DNA of 64,000 bases from Phycisphaerales bacterium (GTDB taxonomy: Bacteria; Planctomycetota; Phycisphaerae; Phycisphaerales; SM1A02): assembly GCA_965227335.1 (NCBI GenBank), contig CBDDFV010000001.1, positions 771,627-835,626 of the forward strand. Reading direction: 5' to 3'. This document shows positions 61,765 through 64,000 of this stretch, in pieces. The notes beneath the pieces were generated by a model. The model made no database searches, was not told the DNA's origin, and was given only the letters and a program-made list of their open reading frames with translations. The translations under genes were made by a program, and so were the position numbers. The first letter of the stretch is position 1. Each line of letters opens with the position of its first letter.

Positions 61765-63495
61765 ATGCGCGAGACCGCCCGCTCCAGCCACCCCGTTCTC
61801 CTGTTCAGCCTGCTCGCGGTGCTCGGGCTGACGCTCGTCTATCCCATCGGGCTGACCGTCTGGGGCGGGTTCGAGAGCGTCGACGGCGGGTTCACGCTCC
61901 ACCACATCATCGCGATCTTCCGCGACCCCACCCTCCTCGCCGGGCTCGTCAACGCTCTGCTGATCGCGGTGCTGACGACGTTCCTCTGCTTCGTGATCGC
62001 CCTCCCCCTCGCCGTGCTCAACGCCCGGTGCGAGTTCCCCGGGAAGAAGATCTTCGGCGCCCTTGTCCTCGTCCCGCTCATCCTCCCGCCATTCGTCGGG
62101 GCGATCGGCCTGCACCACCTGCTGGGCCGTGCGGGTTCGATCAACACCGCCCTCCTCGACCTCGGCCTCGTCGGCGAGCCGATCGACTTCATCGGGCGGG
62201 GCGGGCTCTGGGCGATCGTGCTCATCGAGGCCCTGCATCTCTATCCGATCCTCTACCTGAACGCGACCGCCGCTCTCGCCAACCTCGATCCCGCCCTCGA
62301 GGAAGCCGCCGAGAACCTCGGCGCCTCGCGGAGCCGGCGATTCTTCTCGATCGTGCTCCCGCTGATCCGCCCCGGCCTGTTCGCCGGGGCGACGATCGTC
62401 TTCATCTGGTCGTTCACCGAACTCGGCACGCCGCTGATGTTCGACTTTCAGACGGTGACGCCGGTGCAGATCTTCAACGGGCTGAAGGAGATTGACACCG
62501 CCGCGCAACCGTACGCGTTGACCGTCGTCATGCTCACGATGGCGATCGTGATCTACGTCCTCGGGAAGCTCGCGTTTGGACGCGAGGCGCACGCGATGTA
62601 CTCGAAGGCGTCGGTGCAGTCGTCGACCGTGAAGCTCGCCCCGGTCCCGGCCCTGCTGGCGACCCTGGCGTTCCTTGTCGTCACCGCGCTCGCGATCAGT
62701 CCCCACCTCGGCGTCGTGCTCACCTCGATCTCGAAGACGGGCTACTGGTACGAATCGATTCTGCCCACCGGCTACACCGCGGAGCACTACCTCGGCGCGC
62801 TCTCGCACGACCTCGCCGGGGCCTCCATCCGCAACTCGCTCTTCTTCGCCGGATCCGCCGTCGCCATCGACATCGGGCTCGGACTCCTCATCGCCTACCT
62901 CGTCGTCCGCACCCGCACGCCGGGGCGCGGCGTCCTCGACGCCCTCGCCATGCTGCCCCTCGCCGTCCCCGGACTCGTCATGGCGTTCGGCTACGTCGCC
63001 GTCACCCTCCAGTGGCCCTTCGGCAAGGGACATCCCCTCGAAGGCGTCCTCGACATCATCGGCCCCGAACCCAACCCCGCCCCGCTTCTGATCATCGCCT
63101 ACGCCGTCCGCCGACTGCCCTATGTCGTCCGCGCCGCCGCGGCCGGCCTCCAGCAGACCTCCAGCGAACTCGAGGAAGCGGCCCAGAACCTCGGCGCGAC
63201 CAAGACCTACGCCGTGCGCACGATCGTCGTCCCGCTCATCGCGGCGAACCTCATCGCCGGCGGCCTCCTGGCCTTCAGCTTCGCCATGCTCGAGGTCTCC
63301 GACTCCCTGATCCTCGCCCAGCGGGAATCCGACTTCCCCATCACCAAGGCCATCTACATCCTCTTCTACCGCCTCGGCGACGGCGAGCACATCGCCTCCG
63401 CCCTCGGCGTGTGGGGCATGGTGCTGCTGATGGTGACGCTGATCGGGGCGTCCGCCGTGATGGGGCGACGCATGGGCGCGATTTTCAGAGTCTGA
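61765..63495 (+). CDS. ABC transporter permease, duplicated (FbpB/ThiP-like two-module) type
   Basis: 576 aa, about 12 TM. Two EAA loops (LEEAAENLGASRSRRFFSIVLPLIRPG and LEEAAQNLGATKTYAVRTIVVPLIAAN). Confidence 0.85.
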   Translation: MRETARSSHPVLLFSLLAVLGLTLVYPIGLTVWGGFESVDGGFTLHHIIAIFRDPTLLAGLVNALLIAVLTTFLCFVIALPLAVLNARCEFPGKKIFGALVLVPLILPPFVGAIGLHHLLGRAGSINTALLDLGLVGEPIDFIGRGGLWAIVLIEALHLYPILYLNATAALANLDPALEEAAENLGASRSRRFFSIVLPLIRPGLFAGATIVFIWSFTELGTPLMFDFQTVTPVQIFNGLKEIDTAAQPYALTVVMLTMAIVIYVLGKLAFGREAHAMYSKASVQSSTVKLAPVPALLATLAFLVVTALAISPHLGVVLTSISKTGYWYESILPTGYTAEHYLGALSHDLAGASIRNSLFFAGSAVAIDIGLGLLIAYLVVRTRTPGRGVLDALAMLPLAVPGLVMAFGYVAVTLQWPFGKGHPLEGVLDIIGPEPNPAPLLIIAYAVRRLPYVVRAAAAGLQQTSSELEEAAQNLGATKTYAVRTIVVPLIAANLIAGGLLAFSFAMLEVSDSLILAQRESDFPITKAIYILFYRLGDGEHIASALGVWGMVLLMVTLIGASAVMGRRMGAIFRV

Positions 63496-63563
63496 TTGAC
63501 GCCCTGCTTGCCCCCGGTCGATTCGGATGTGAGGGTGAAGACACGCCCGCGGAGAGTTGAGAC

Positions 63564-64000
63564 GTGCCGCATCTCATGAATCGTCACCAGTCCGGGAGTG
63601 CTCGGCGGCATCGCTGCGCCGTCCTCGGGGTCCTCGCTGTTCTCGTCCTCGCCGCCGTCGCGACCGCCGCGCCCAGCAAACGCAACGCCGCGTACTGGCT
63701 GGACGAAGCCTTCGCCCGCTACCACACGCTCTCCGAATCGGAGTGGAACACGGTCATCGATTACGCCGGGGCGGCGGTCGCGCCGCCGCCGGAGCACGTC
63801 CGCGCGATGTTGTCGAAGGCCGCCCCCATCCTTCGCGATCTGCGGCGGGCCGCCCGCTGCGACTACTGCGACTTCGAACTCAATTACGAGGACGGCTTCG
63901 AGATGCTGCTGCCGCATCTCGCGCCCGCCCGGCGCGGCGCCCGTCTGATGTACGCCGACGCGATGGCGAAGCTCGCCGCGGGCGACTCCGCCGGCGCCGC
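63564..64000 (+). CDS. hypothetical secreted protein (5' partial, runs off the window)
   Basis: Open frame to the window edge, so absent from the ORF track. GGAGAG SD 7 nt before GTG 63564 (alternative ATG 63576). Signal-like RHRCAVLGVLAVLVLAAVATAAP. Confidence 0.45.
   Translation, partial: MPHLMNRHQSGSARRHRCAVLGVLAVLVLAAVATAAPSKRNAAYWLDEAFARYHTLSESEWNTVIDYAGAAVAPPPEHVRAMLSKAAPILRDLRRAARCDYCDFELNYEDGFEMLLPHLAPARRGARLMYADAMAKLAAGDSAGA

Noticed and set aside
63598-63948. 116-aa + strand ORF listed by the track near the window end.
   Set aside because: Ser/Pro/Arg-rich shadow frame. A different frame, open to the window edge (63564 onward), has an SD, a signal peptide and normal composition.
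1-64000. Scan for tRNA/rRNA genes, CRISPR arrays, IS elements, integrases, toxin-antitoxin pairs and reverse transcriptases.
   Set aside because: No regularly spaced direct repeats, no T-loop-like GTTCGAATC sequences in intergenic regions, and no transposase, integrase or RT motifs (for example YxDD) in any plausible frame. By-eye scanning cannot exclude small RNAs.

Overview
High-GC (by eye about two-thirds G+C) bacterial chromosomal segment with about 49 protein-coding genes on both strands. I recognised no rRNA, tRNA, CRISPR array, transposase, integrase or prophage genes. The gene content suggests a Planctomycetota (Phycisphaerae-like) genome, but this is inference only. The pointers are a PF07638-type ECF sigma factor start/stop-overlapped with a TPR Ser/Thr kinase, topoisomerase VI subunit B, secreted proteins ending in dockerin/EF-hand-like DLNGDG..DLA.LL..WG modules, and CxxC...CPxCG zinc-ribbon membrane proteins. 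Housekeeping genes recognised: mobA, moaA, ispE, ndk, deoC, dnaE, top6B, pepF, an AbgT transporter, an ABC permease, SDR and ALDH enzymes, and several peptidases. Most interesting observations: (1) a four-gene minus-strand cassette with overlapping start/stop codons (17811-22036: C39-like Cys peptidase, RimK-like ATP-grasp, GCS2 carboxylate-amine ligase, N-formylglutamate-amidohydrolase-like) that looks like an uncharacterised peptide or amide ligation-and-trimming system. (2) A cluster of three membrane proteins with a shared CxxCxY[DN]L...CPxCG zinc ribbon (58388-61725), plus a fourth elsewhere. (3) A roughly 30-nt palindromic element that starts with the TAG stop codon of three unrelated genes. 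(4) Eight genes with a -10-like hexamer 6-9 nt from the start codon and no SD, which predicts leaderless mRNAs. (5) Domain fusions: CPA1 antiporter-RCK-EIIA(Ntr-like), and YwlE-type phosphatase-RpiB. (6) A twin dockerin-like C-terminal module shared by three secreted proteins. All functional calls come from motif reading of the supplied translations. No database search was possible.
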